Below, piece after piece: positions 13,797 through 23,192 of a DNA stretch of 35,472 nt. This DNA is from a virus: IMG/VR virus record IMGVR_UViG_3300028008_000050. The stretch is one strand, 5' to 3'. Numbering within the stretch: position 1 is the first letter of the stretch; every line of letters starts with the position of its first letter. The notes under the pieces were generated by a model. That model ran no database searches and had not been told where the DNA came from. It worked only from the letters and a program-made list of their open reading frames with translations. Position numbers and translations under genes: made by a program.

Positions 13797-14125
13797 CTTC
13801 CGATTCAGACACCAAGTCTTCCTTAATAAACGTATTTAGAAATGTGATAGGTAGTGCCGATACTCAAAATCAGCCTGCCTATCTTTCATTTGATGCAATG
13901 AACACTATCATGAAGAACTTAAAAAAGCCACAGTTTGATTACGATGGCTTCAAAAGAATTTATGATGAGAATCCAGAGATACAACCATTAGTTAAAAACT
14001 TTGATTCAAAAGGTATTACTCTTTACACAAAGAAAGAAGCACCTAGCGATGCACCAAAAGGTCAAAAGACTGACGGCGAAGTAGATAAAATGGCTCAACG
14101 TGCAACATCAAAAGCAACTGCATAA
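13766..14125 (+). CDS. -1-frame extension ORF (119 aa), probably expressed as a fusion to the 12849 gene product
   Basis: The -1 frame is open from 13754 to 14125. The ORF-track start (13844) is a GTG with no SD, and the internal ATGs also lack an SD. Confidence 0.45.
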   Translation, partial: GSTSSKKVAEASDSDTKSSLINVFRNVIGSADTQNQPAYLSFDAMNTIMKNLKKPQFDYDGFKRIYDENPEIQPLVKNFDSKGITLYTKKEAPSDAPKGQKTDGEVDKMAQRATSKATA

Positions 14126-14134
14126 CAAAACCAC

Positions 14135-14163
14135 TTGACAACGTAGAACACTTCCTGTATACT
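14135..14163 (+). promoter_or_regulatory. sigma70-like promoter
   Basis: TTGACA-acgtagaacacttcctg(17)-TATACT, 22 nt upstream of the 14186 ATG (SD AGGAGG). Confidence 0.65.
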
Positions 14164-14185
14164 ATATAATGTATAGGAGGAAACT

Positions 14186-14779
14186 ATGAATGAAGTATCT
14201 ATTGTACCTAATCTAGTTTGGAAATATAATTATAGTCCAGGCTTTGATGTACAAGCATTTAAAGACTACCAATCCACAGAAGCACAGTTACATCAAACAG
14301 AAGCTGATGGTGGCAAGAGTACGGCAGGTCATGCTAACCCTCCTCACGAATGGGAATGTAATAGAGATTTTATGATTTGGTTACGTCCAAAGATTGAAAT
14401 AGCTCTAGCTGAATGGGATATACAGTACACAGATATTATTGCTACAGGTAGTTGGACTAATTTACACAAACGAGATGCACATACATTACCACATGATCAT
14501 GGTAGTGCAAACGTAGTAGTGTCTGCATACGTACAAGTTCCACCACAAAGTGGTAACATAGAGTTTGAACAGTTACTAAGAACTAACTGGTCAGGTTATT
14601 CACGTATTCCTACTAACACAATACACGATTACTGGAAAGAAGTAAGTGTACAAACTAATGACGTTGTAATATTTCCGGGTTGGCTAACACACAAGACTCA
14701 AGCAAGTAACAGCGATGAAGATAGAATTACATTTACTATTAATACCAACGGCAGAGATAGGAACGATATACCACTATGA
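14186..14779 (+). CDS. 2OG-Fe(II) oxygenase (marine-phage-type DSBH protein)
   Basis: WTNLHKRDAHTLPHDHGSANVVVSAYVQVP...GNIEF...VVIFPGWLTHKT...RITFTIN. This is the pattern of the small 2OG-Fe(II) oxygenases common in cyanophages and pelagiphages. Confidence 0.7.
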   Translation: MNEVSIVPNLVWKYNYSPGFDVQAFKDYQSTEAQLHQTEADGGKSTAGHANPPHEWECNRDFMIWLRPKIEIALAEWDIQYTDIIATGSWTNLHKRDAHTLPHDHGSANVVVSAYVQVPPQSGNIEFEQLLRTNWSGYSRIPTNTIHDYWKEVSVQTNDVVIFPGWLTHKTQASNSDEDRITFTINTNGRDRNDIPL

Positions 14780-15537
14780 CACAACGTATGGACCTAGGCA
14801 CATTAATGAGTGCAAGTAATCAATGGATAGTAGATATTAGATGTCCTTTCCATGAACAGTTTTTACAGCTATTTGAAAATGACAAGTTTAGGGGTGAAGA
14901 CCAAAGCAAAGTTAAAACAACATTCAATGGTTACCAATATGATATTACTCCTCCTAACTTACCTGCATGGGGTGGCAAAGTTGTAAGGTCAGATAAGATG
15001 AATCCTGACACACCTGAACAACAAGGCTTTCCAAGCAGTAAACTTCTTAAAGAAACAAGATTTGAACCATCAGTACAGTCAAACTTTCCTCCTATAGACA
15101 AAGAAAAGTTTGATAACATTGATTGGAAACAACTAATGGAATGGGTAATGAAAGTTGTTAGACGCAACGGCATTCCTGTTAAAACTATTAAAGTAAGTAA
15201 GACTTGGTGTGTTGACTATAGTGATGGCGGATACCAAGCAATACACAATCACGGAAGTGCATGTATTAGTATGGTAATGGCTATGGATGAAACTCCTGTT
15301 AACGACAGTGACCATAAAACTATGTCACCTGACAACGGTATGCTTTACACACTAATGCCTAATCCAGATGGTACACAAGAATACAATCAATTTGCACCAT
15401 ATCCAGGTAGAACAGTTATTATGGATGGTAGAGTGTGGCACGGAGTTTATCCTTGTAAAGCACCAAGGCGTACATGGGTAGTTGACTTTGACTTTGATTA
15501 CTTTGCACCAGACGAGGAGTTTGATCCTAATGAGTGA
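14776..15537 (+). CDS. divergent 2OG-Fe(II) oxygenase-like protein, paralog of 15697..16239
   Basis: ATGA coupling. YQAIHNHGSACISMVM...GMLYT...PYPGRTVIMDGRVWHGVYP aligns with the next paralog. Confidence 0.5.
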   Translation: MTQRMDLGTLMSASNQWIVDIRCPFHEQFLQLFENDKFRGEDQSKVKTTFNGYQYDITPPNLPAWGGKVVRSDKMNPDTPEQQGFPSSKLLKETRFEPSVQSNFPPIDKEKFDNIDWKQLMEWVMKVVRRNGIPVKTIKVSKTWCVDYSDGGYQAIHNHGSACISMVMAMDETPVNDSDHKTMSPDNGMLYTLMPNPDGTQEYNQFAPYPGRTVIMDGRVWHGVYPCKAPRRTWVVDFDFDYFAPDEEFDPNE

Positions 15538-15697
15538 AACATGTGAAACATGTCGTATTGCAATCAGCGAGGACGGCATTGAAATAGATTCAAGTCAAGG
15601 TGATATTATATTAGAAGCAACAGTACTTGGTGGTATTGTAATTGTTATAGCATTATTATATGTAGGCAAGAAGTGGATAGACAGGAAATTTAAGTAA
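15530..15697 (+). CDS. small membrane protein (55 aa) with an N-terminal CxxC
   Basis: Start re-set to ATG 15530 (ATGAGTGA overlap, GAGGAG upstream). MSETCETCRIA... with TM segment VLGGIVIVIALLYVG. Confidence 0.45.
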   Translation: MSETCETCRIAISEDGIEIDSSQGDIILEATVLGGIVIVIALLYVGKKWIDRKFK

Positions 15698-16239
15698 TGG
15701 ATAAAGTATACACAGGATACAATCAAGCTGTAATTGAAACACACTATGACGGATGGTCTGTTGTACATCAACAAGCAAACAATCACGTTACAGAAGTTAA
15801 AGACTATCCTAGACGAATACAAAGTACTATTGATCCTAACTGTTTTGTAGGTATGGAAAACTGGGTTAGAGATAAAATGAATGAACATAACATACCCGTA
15901 AAGAAAGTAACAGTAGACGAAAGCTGGTTGCACAACTACAAACCACACGAGTATCAGAGTGTACATAATCATACAGGCAAACCTAATCTAATTAGTTTAG
16001 TAATGTATGCACAAGATTTAGAATTAGATCTACCAAACGATAATTCGGGTTCGTTATACACGATTATTGCAGAAAGAGATCTTACCCTTAGTATTAATGA
16101 GATAGTACCTACACCAGGTAAAACAGTACTAATGACAGGCAACGTTAATCATGGAACGTACCCTTACCACAACGTAAGGAGTGCATTGGTTATCAATTTT
16201 GTAACAGAATGGCTAGAGCCAGAGGAAGAAATTAAATGA
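15697..16239 (+). CDS. divergent 2OG-Fe(II) oxygenase-like protein
   Basis: TAATG coupling. YQSVHNHTGKPNLISLVMY...GSLYT...PTPGKTVLMTGNVNHGTYP. Confidence 0.5.
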   Translation: MDKVYTGYNQAVIETHYDGWSVVHQQANNHVTEVKDYPRRIQSTIDPNCFVGMENWVRDKMNEHNIPVKKVTVDESWLHNYKPHEYQSVHNHTGKPNLISLVMYAQDLELDLPNDNSGSLYTIIAERDLTLSINEIVPTPGKTVLMTGNVNHGTYPYHNVRSALVINFVTEWLEPEEEIK

Positions 16240-16916
16240 GTTTAATAACCGAACAGTATGATTATAAAGAGCTAAAAAGAGAAAGCGTAAACGGCAAGCG
16301 TTTGTACGCTTGTCCAGATGGTAACCATGTAGCAAGTGTTACAACAATCCTTAGTAAAACGAAGGATATGACGCATTTAAACGCATGGCGTAAGCGTGTT
16401 GGAGAAAAGAAAGCACAAGAGATTGTAACAGAAGCCGCTAGTGTTGGAACACGTATGCACAAGTTCTTAGAGGATTACATACTAGAAGGCGAATGGCCAC
16501 AACCAGGCAGTAACCCTTACAGTCAACAAGCAAACAAGATGGGTGAACAAATCCGTGATAATGCTATGGTTGACGTAGATGCTATATGGGGTACAGAAGT
16601 GATGCTTTATCACCCTCAAATCTACGCAGGAACGACTGATCTTGTAGGAACATACAAAGGCCAGCCTTGTATTATGGACTTTAAACAATCTAACAAGCCT
16701 AAGAAGAAAGAATGGATTGAAGATTACTATTTGCAGTTAACAGCCTATGCCTTAGCACATAACGAAATATACGGCACAGACATTAAAGAAGGGCATGTAT
16801 TTGTATGCTGTCGCGACTTAACGTATCAGCAGTTTGATCTATGGCCAGACGAATTTAAGGAGTGGGAATCTAAGTGGTGGGACCGTGTATATCAATATTA
16901 TGACTCCATGAAGTGA
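16236..16916 (+). CDS. PD-(D/E)XK (RecB/Cas4-like) nuclease
   Basis: GTTDLVG...CIMDFKQS (D...D-x-K) followed by YYLQLTAYALAH (QxxxY motif). Confidence 0.7.
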   Translation: MSLITEQYDYKELKRESVNGKRLYACPDGNHVASVTTILSKTKDMTHLNAWRKRVGEKKAQEIVTEAASVGTRMHKFLEDYILEGEWPQPGSNPYSQQANKMGEQIRDNAMVDVDAIWGTEVMLYHPQIYAGTTDLVGTYKGQPCIMDFKQSNKPKKKEWIEDYYLQLTAYALAHNEIYGTDIKEGHVFVCCRDLTYQQFDLWPDEFKEWESKWWDRVYQYYDSMK

Positions 16917-16922
16917 TAAATA
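16916..16922 (+). promoter_or_regulatory. late promoter-like motif ATAAATAC
   Basis: gtgATAAATACta lies 25 nt upstream of the tail-fibre GTG start (SD TAGGAG). Confidence 0.5.
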
Positions 16923-16947
16923 CTAATAGCAAATTAGGAGAAATATA

Positions 16948-18576
16948 GTGGCGATTGTACAAATTTCACGTATACAGGTTAGACGCGGACAAAAGAATGC
17001 AGGTACTGGCATACCGCAATTAGCTGGCGGTGAGTTTGGCTGGGCTGTAGATGCTAGAGAACTTTACATTGGTAACGGTTCAGTATCAGAAGGTGCACCA
17101 GCAGTTGGTAATACAAAGATTATTACACAACATGATAACTTGTTTACGTTTGCAGACACATACAAGTACAAAGCAACGGATGAAACAATCCAAACAGGTG
17201 CTACTGCTACAACTCCAGTTACTAGAACATTACAAGAAAGACTAGACGAAACAGTAAATGTATTGTCGTTTGGTGCATTAGGTGATGGTTCAGATCAAAC
17301 AACAGTTTTACAAAGAGCTATTGATCAACTATACCTAAACAATGCATCAAAAGGAAGTGTTACAAGTAGAGTAAAATTATATTTTCCAGCAGGTAATTAC
17401 ACATTATCAAACAGTTTAAAAGTTCCGCCACATGCTACACTAGTTGGTGAAGGCAGTGAAAGAACAATCATTACACAGACTGGTGCGTTTCCAATTATAG
17501 AAACTGTTAATAGCACAAGTACTCCAGGTACATATGCCAGTGATGCAACTAGCTCATTTATTAATCAAGCACAAGATATTAAAGTGTCAGGCTTTACACT
17601 AGTACAACAAACTGTTAATACAGGACTAGCATTGACTAGTTGTAGAAACAGTACGTTTGAAGATATTACTATTAAAGGCACTTGGTCAACAGGTACAGTA
17701 GTAACAGCAACACAAGTTGGTGTACTATTAAACAGTTTATCAACAGCAGTAAGTTCAAACAATAATACGTTTACTAACTGTACTATCGAAGGACACTCAT
17801 ATGGTGTGTTTAGTGATTTTGATATTAAAGAAAATACGTTTAGTAATACAACATTTAAAACTTTAGACAGAGGTGTTGTATTTGGACAAGGAACTACTAT
17901 TGGTGCTCAAGGACAATTAACAGGTCCACAGAAAAATACAATTACTAGTAGTACATTTACAGACATTGACGAATACGGTATATTTGTTAACAAGGGTAAC
18001 TATAATAGAAGCACACATAACACATTTACTAGTGTTGGTAACAATGGTGGAGCAAACTCAAATGCTTCATTTGCTATTATTAAGTTTACAGACGGTACTG
18101 CATTAACTAATAGCAGTGACGGTGACTTCTTTGACAGAACAGCAGATTTGTCATATAACCAAACATTGATTTCAGGCTACAAATATGTACCAGAAGTTGA
18201 AGGGCCAGGATTATTTAAAAATGAGTTTTCATATAGAATTCCTGTAGCACAACAGAATACATTTGTAAGAGTATTAAAGTGTAGTGGCGAAGTTAGTAAA
18301 AACGTACAAATTGCGTATGTATACAAATCAACAGCCGTTAACGCAATTAGAGAAGGTGTACTAAACATCTTTGTTAACCTTGCAGACGGAACTACGCAAA
18401 CAACAGACGAGTTTACATTTTTAGGAACTGACGCATACAGACCTAATTTAGAATTTCAAACAGCATTAGCTGATGAGGATGGAGATGCAACTAACGAAAC
18501 AATAGTTGTGCAGATGAAGAATACAACAACTAGTGATACAGGGTCAATATCCTTTAACGTTACATATAAGACTTAA
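16948..18576 (+). CDS. tail fibre or tailspike with a right-handed beta-helix (pectate-lyase-like) domain
   Basis: GTG start. N-terminal IQVRRGQ...LAGGEFGWAVDARELYIGNG is the conserved tail-fibre N-terminal module of marine phages. It is followed by VLSFGALGDGSDQTTVLQRAIDQ, the pectate_lyase_3 signature. The body is repetitive and T/N/S/G-rich. Confidence 0.7.
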   Translation: MAIVQISRIQVRRGQKNAGTGIPQLAGGEFGWAVDARELYIGNGSVSEGAPAVGNTKIITQHDNLFTFADTYKYKATDETIQTGATATTPVTRTLQERLDETVNVLSFGALGDGSDQTTVLQRAIDQLYLNNASKGSVTSRVKLYFPAGNYTLSNSLKVPPHATLVGEGSERTIITQTGAFPIIETVNSTSTPGTYASDATSSFINQAQDIKVSGFTLVQQTVNTGLALTSCRNSTFEDITIKGTWSTGTVVTATQVGVLLNSLSTAVSSNNNTFTNCTIEGHSYGVFSDFDIKENTFSNTTFKTLDRGVVFGQGTTIGAQGQLTGPQKNTITSSTFTDIDEYGIFVNKGNYNRSTHNTFTSVGNNGGANSNASFAIIKFTDGTALTNSSDGDFFDRTADLSYNQTLISGYKYVPEVEGPGLFKNEFSYRIPVAQQNTFVRVLKCSGEVSKNVQIAYVYKSTAVNAIREGVLNIFVNLADGTTQTTDEFTFLGTDAYRPNLEFQTALADEDGDATNETIVVQMKNTTTSDTGSISFNVTYKT

Positions 18577-19001
18577 TGCAAGAATTAAATTTTGAGAGCA
18601 GGCTCTTTGACTGGTCTAGATTTAGAAAGAAACTAGAAACAAGTAATAAGCCCTTCCAGGACGCAATCTCCTACTATGATAGACACGAACGCTGTAAATT
18701 AAGCATTGATCCTTGGGATCGTGCAACATGGCCTAGTCCGTGGGAGATATTACTCCAAAATAAAATTTGTGACTTGACACATAGCCTAGCTGTGTGTTAT
18801 ACTTTACAATTAACTGATAGGTTTTCCCAAAGTGATTTTGAGATACATATCAGTACAGATAAGACAAGTGAGGTATTTTTTTATCCTGTATTCGTAGATA
18901 ACCATGTATTGTGTTATGAATTTGACGAGGTTTGCCAAAGAGCAGATTTACCAACAGAATTTATATCACAACGCATATATCGAATGCCCCGGCTTCAATA
19001 A
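18576..19001 (+). CDS. hypothetical protein (141 aa)
   Basis: TAATG coupling to the tail-fibre gene; no motif recognised. Confidence 0.5.
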   Translation: MQELNFESRLFDWSRFRKKLETSNKPFQDAISYYDRHERCKLSIDPWDRATWPSPWEILLQNKICDLTHSLAVCYTLQLTDRFSQSDFEIHISTDKTSEVFFYPVFVDNHVLCYEFDEVCQRADLPTEFISQRIYRMPRLQ

Positions 19002-19004
19002 ATA
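18998..19004 (+). promoter_or_regulatory. late promoter-like motif ATAAATAC
   Basis: caATAAATACac lies 48 nt upstream of the nrdA ATG. Confidence 0.4.
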
Positions 19005-19052
19005 CACTTACATTAATATTAAAGATTAAGATTAAAGATTAGGAGATAGAGA

Positions 19053-21407
19053 ATGACAAACGGCTTGGGAATCCAAATCCAAAAAAGAGATGGGTCAAGT
19101 GTACCACTAGACATCAATAAAATTCACTTTGTTGTAGAAGAAGCGTGTGAAGGACTAGCAGGAGTTAGTAGTAGTCAAATTGAAATGAATGCAAACATTC
19201 AATTCTATGACGACATGAGTACAGCAGAGATTCAAGAAATCCTAGTTAAAAGTGCAAACGATTTAATTACATTAGAAAATCCTAACTATCAGTTTGTTGC
19301 GGCACGTTTATTATTATACCCTATCTACAAAGAGTCATTTGGCCAATACAATCCTATTCCTTTAATTGATGTAATCAAACGTAACATTGACCGTGGTGTA
19401 TACGATCCAGCTATCTTAGAAAAGTATACCGAAGACGAACTTTCAACATTAAACAAATACATTAAGCATAAACGTGATGAGAACTTTACGTATGCAGGAC
19501 TTCGTCAAGTAGTTGACAAGTACCTTGTACAAGATAGAAGCAGTGGTGACATTTATGAATCTCCACAAATGATGTACATGATGATCGCGGCAACATTGTT
19601 CGCAGAATATCCAGCACAATCACGTATGCAATATGTAAGGAGATACTACGATGCGACCTCCCTTTTTAAAATCAATATCCCGACGCCCGTTATGGCCGGC
19701 GTCCGCACACCTCTTAGACAATTTGCTTCTTGCGTACTTGTTGATAGCGATGATACCCTTAATTCCATTTTTAGTTCTGATATGGCTATTGGGCGTTATA
19801 CCGCACAAAGAGCAGGAATAGGAATTAACGCAGGACGTATTAGAGCAGTAAACAGTAAAATTAGAGGTGGTGAAGTAGCACACACAGGTGTTGTCCCATT
19901 CCTAAAGAAGTTTGAAGCAACAGTACGTTGTTGTACACAAAATGGTGTACGTGGTGGTAGTGCAACTACACACTTCCCAATATGGCATTACGAAATTGAA
20001 GACATCCTTGTGCTAAAGAATAACAAAGGTACAGAGGATAACAGAGTACGTAAGTTAGATTATTCAATTCAGCTTAATAAAACTATGTATGAAAGATTAT
20101 TATCCGGCGGCGATATAACTTTGTTCTCGCCACATGAAGTGCCAGACTTATACGAAGCATTTTATTCAGACCAAGATAAGTTTGCAGAGTTGTATGCAAA
20201 ATATGAACGTAGCAAAACATTACGTACAAAAACTATTTCAGCAATGGACTTGTTTAGTGCATTAATTAAAGAACGTGCAGAAACAGGACGTATCTATATT
20301 ATGAATGTTGATCATGCTAATACACACAGTTCATTTAAGGACACAGTTTACATGAGTAACTTGTGTCAAGAGATTACATTACCAACTAAGCCACTACAAC
20401 ACATTGACGATCCAGAAGGTGAAATTGCATTGTGTATTCTTAGTGCTATTAACGTAGGTAAAATTAACAATCTAGATGAACTAGAAGACTTGTGTGATAT
20501 GGCAGTAAGAGCATTAGATGAAATTATTGACTATCAGAAGTATCCAATTTTAGCCGCAGAGAAAAGTACTAAAGCAAGACGTAGCTTAGGTGTAGGTTAC
20601 ATTGGACTAGCACATTACCTAGCTAAGAATCAAGTTAAGTATAGCGACAAAAAAGCATTAACAAAAGTACACGAGCTAACAGAAGCATTTCAATATTATC
20701 TGTTACAAGCGTCAAACAATCTAGCTAAAGAAAAAGGCAAGTGTGAATATTTTGACCGTACTAAATATAGCGATGGAGTACTACCCATTGACACATATAA
20801 AAAGGACTTGGATGACGTATGCAAGATTACACTAAAATATGATTGGGAGACTCTTAGATCTTCAATTGTTAAGGACGGACTTAGGCACTCAACGTTGTCC
20901 GCACAGATGCCATCGGAAAGCAGTTCCATTGTGTCGAATGCCACAAACGGTATTGAGCCACCTAGAGGATTCTTGTCCATTAAGAAAAGCAAAAAAGGGC
21001 CTCTTAAGCAGATTGTTCCACAGTATCAGTCATTAAAGAACTATTACACATTGCTATGGGATATGCCTAGCAACGAAGGCTATATTAACATAGTAGCAGT
21101 AATGCAAAAGTTCTTTGATCAAGCAATTTCAGGTAACTGGAGTTACAACCCAACACACTTTGAAAACAATGAAGTTCCAATGAGTGTAATGCTACAAGAT
21201 ATGTTAACTACATATAAGCTAGGTTGGAAAACTTCATACTACCAAAACACCTATGACTTCAAGTCTGATCCTAACGATTTAGAAGATGAACAAGAAGAAG
21301 TTAAGTTAGAAAGCCCTATTAACGGCTTTGAACCACAGATTGGACGTGCGGAGTTTAACGGCACAGACGATGAGTACGAAGAATATTGCGACAGTTGTGC
21401 AATTTAG
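19053..21407 (+). CDS. nrdA: ribonucleoside-diphosphate reductase class Ia, alpha subunit
   Basis: 784 aa with an N-terminal ATP-cone. NLCQEITLP matches E. coli NLCLEIALP, and MPSESSSIVSNATNGIEPP is present. The C-terminal redox pair is CDSC. Confidence 0.95.
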   Translation: MTNGLGIQIQKRDGSSVPLDINKIHFVVEEACEGLAGVSSSQIEMNANIQFYDDMSTAEIQEILVKSANDLITLENPNYQFVAARLLLYPIYKESFGQYNPIPLIDVIKRNIDRGVYDPAILEKYTEDELSTLNKYIKHKRDENFTYAGLRQVVDKYLVQDRSSGDIYESPQMMYMMIAATLFAEYPAQSRMQYVRRYYDATSLFKINIPTPVMAGVRTPLRQFASCVLVDSDDTLNSIFSSDMAIGRYTAQRAGIGINAGRIRAVNSKIRGGEVAHTGVVPFLKKFEATVRCCTQNGVRGGSATTHFPIWHYEIEDILVLKNNKGTEDNRVRKLDYSIQLNKTMYERLLSGGDITLFSPHEVPDLYEAFYSDQDKFAELYAKYERSKTLRTKTISAMDLFSALIKERAETGRIYIMNVDHANTHSSFKDTVYMSNLCQEITLPTKPLQHIDDPEGEIALCILSAINVGKINNLDELEDLCDMAVRALDEIIDYQKYPILAAEKSTKARRSLGVGYIGLAHYLAKNQVKYSDKKALTKVHELTEAFQYYLLQASNNLAKEKGKCEYFDRTKYSDGVLPIDTYKKDLDDVCKITLKYDWETLRSSIVKDGLRHSTLSAQMPSESSSIVSNATNGIEPPRGFLSIKKSKKGPLKQIVPQYQSLKNYYTLLWDMPSNEGYINIVAVMQKFFDQAISGNWSYNPTHFENNEVPMSVMLQDMLTTYKLGWKTSYYQNTYDFKSDPNDLEDEQEEVKLESPINGFEPQIGRAEFNGTDDEYEEYCDSCAI

Positions 21408-21410
21408 TAC

Positions 21411-21447
21411 TTGACAAATACATAAGACTAGTGTATATTAATAAATA
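21411..21447 (+). promoter_or_regulatory. sigma70-like promoter followed by a late motif
   Basis: TTGACA-aatacataagactagtg(17)-TATATT (21411-21439), then ATAAATAC at 21441-21448, upstream of nrdB. Confidence 0.6.
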
Positions 21448-21473
21448 CGCTATTAGAGAAAAAAGAGAGAGAC

Positions 21474-22577
21474 ATGGCAAAGACAGTATTTAATCGTGAA
21501 GCTGTAGACTTCACAAAGCAACATATGTTCTTCGGAGCAGATCAAAACACACAGAGATACGATACATTTCGTTTCCCTGTATTTGACAAACTTAACCAAA
21601 CAATGCTTGGTTACTTTTGGCGTCCTGAGGAAGTATCGTTACAAAAAGATAGAGCTGACTTCCAAAACTTTCGTCCAGAAGAAAAACACATTTTTACAAG
21701 TAACCTAAAGTATCAAACACTACTAGATAGTGTACAAGGAAGAGGACCATGTCTTGCTTTCTTGCCTCATGTATCTTTACCAGAACTAGAAGGTTGTATT
21801 GTTACTTGGGACTTCTTTGAAACTATTCACTCACGTAGTTATACACACATTATGAAGAATGTATATCCTAATCCAAGTGAAGTATTAGATCATATTTTAA
21901 ATGACGATGAAATTATTAAACGTGCAGTTAGTGTAACTAAAAACTATGATGCATTTACAGGTGCGGCAGACGCATTCATTCATCGTAAAGAAGGAACCAT
22001 GCGTGACGTTAAGAAAAAAATGTTCCTTGCTATGATGAACGTAAACATCTTAGAAGGATTACGTTTTTATGTTTCGTTTGCATGTACATTTGCATTTGGT
22101 GAGCTAAAGAAAATGGAAGGCTCAGCAAAGATTATTAGTCTTATTGCTCGTGATGAAAGTCAACACCTTGCATTAAGTTCACACGTTCTTAAGAATTGGA
22201 TGCGTGGCGATGACGATCCAGAGATGGCTAAGATTGCAAAAGAATGTGAAGCAGAAGTTTATGAAATGTGGAAGGCATGTGTTAACGAAGAAAAAGCATG
22301 GGCTAAACATTTAATGAAAGACGGATCAATTATTGGTCTGAACGAAAGACTGTTAGGCGATTACGTAGAGTACATTGCCAACCGTAGGCTTAAAGCATTA
22401 GGATACTCAACTATCTTTGATGCATCATCAACCCAAAACCCGCTACCGTGGACACAACATTGGCTATCTAGCTCAGGCTTGCAAGTTGCACCTCAAGAGA
22501 CAGAAGTTGAAAGTTATATCATCGGTGGGATTAAACAAGACGTGTCAACAGACAGTCTAAAAGGATTTAAACTATAA
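21474..22577 (+). CDS. nrdB: ribonucleoside-diphosphate reductase class Ia, beta subunit
   Basis: LLDSVQGRGP...FFETIHSRSYTHIMKNVY and LIARDESQHL match the E. coli NrdB di-iron and tyrosyl radical motifs. Confidence 0.95.
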   Translation: MAKTVFNREAVDFTKQHMFFGADQNTQRYDTFRFPVFDKLNQTMLGYFWRPEEVSLQKDRADFQNFRPEEKHIFTSNLKYQTLLDSVQGRGPCLAFLPHVSLPELEGCIVTWDFFETIHSRSYTHIMKNVYPNPSEVLDHILNDDEIIKRAVSVTKNYDAFTGAADAFIHRKEGTMRDVKKKMFLAMMNVNILEGLRFYVSFACTFAFGELKKMEGSAKIISLIARDESQHLALSSHVLKNWMRGDDDPEMAKIAKECEAEVYEMWKACVNEEKAWAKHLMKDGSIIGLNERLLGDYVEYIANRRLKALGYSTIFDASSTQNPLPWTQHWLSSSGLQVAPQETEVESYIIGGIKQDVSTDSLKGFKL

Positions 22578-22840
22578 TGCAAAAGGCAGACAACAACACC
22601 ACAGTAGTATATTCAAAACCAAATTGTAGCTATTGTGTAAAAGCAAAACATCTATTAAAAAGTAAAGGCGTAGACTTTATCGAAATGATTATTGGTAAAG
22701 ACATTCCAGTTGAACAGTTGATGGAAGAATTCAAAGTTAATAATCTTCCAATGCCACGAACTGCTCCGCAAATTATTTTCAAGGGTAAGTATATGGGTGG
22801 TTATCACGAATTAGAAAAACACTTAGAAACTGGAGAATAA
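22577..22840 (+). CDS. glutaredoxin (RNR electron donor type)
   Basis: 87 aa with TAATG coupling to nrdB. VVYSKPNCSYCVKAK (CxxC) and TAPQIIFKGKYMGGY match the Grx fold signatures. Confidence 0.85.
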   Translation: MQKADNNTTVVYSKPNCSYCVKAKHLLKSKGVDFIEMIIGKDIPVEQLMEEFKVNNLPMPRTAPQIIFKGKYMGGYHELEKHLETGE

Positions 22841-22843
22841 TAT

Positions 22844-23161
22844 ATGTTAATTGAAGCACCTTACAAAAAAGGCGATATTGTTACTATTAAACTTATGTCA
22901 GGCGAAGAGCTTGTAGGTAGGTTTGAAAAAGAAGATGATAAACAAATCCAACTTCATTATCCACTAACACTAGTTGCTAGTGAAAAAGGTATTGGCTTAC
23001 AACAGTTCTTGTTTACAGCAGAAGTAAACAGAAGCTATACTGTTAAGCATACTGCTATTTCTTTATGTGTACCTACTGCAAAACAGTTTGCTGAAGCATA
23101 CGAAAAACAAACATCACCAATCATCAAAGCACCTGCAGGATTAGCTGACATCATTAAATAG
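22844..23161 (+). CDS. hypothetical protein (105 aa), possibly with a small beta-barrel (Sm/SH3-like) N-terminus
   Basis: KGDIVTIKLMSGEELVGRFEKEDDKQIQLHYPL resembles an Sm1-like strand pattern. This is weak. Confidence 0.45.
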   Translation: MLIEAPYKKGDIVTIKLMSGEELVGRFEKEDDKQIQLHYPLTLVASEKGIGLQQFLFTAEVNRSYTVKHTAISLCVPTAKQFAEAYEKQTSPIIKAPAGLADIIK

Positions 23162-23164
23162 CAG

Positions 23165-23171
23165 ATAAATA
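23165..23171 (+). promoter_or_regulatory. late promoter-like motif ATAAATAC
   Basis: cagATAAATACtt lies 21 nt upstream of the 23193 ATG (SD AGAGGAG). Confidence 0.5.
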
Positions 23172-23192
23172 CTTTGTAAGAGGAGTATTAAT

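Noticed and set aside
16948-18576. Possible diversity-generating retroelement target, because the N-terminus resembles the tail-fibre N-terminal module also found on the Bordetella phage Mtd protein.
   Set aside because: There is no reverse transcriptase ORF in the window. I found no template/variable repeat pair near the 3' end of the gene, and the C-terminus has no C-type-lectin-like signature.
19005-19052. NrdR-box-like operator or tandem repeat (TAAAGAT TAAGAT TAAAGAT TAGGAG) upstream of nrdA.
   Set aside because: There is no 16-bp palindrome of the acaCwAtATaTwGtgt type. The short AT-rich iteration is what low-complexity AT-rich spacer produces and merges into the SD.
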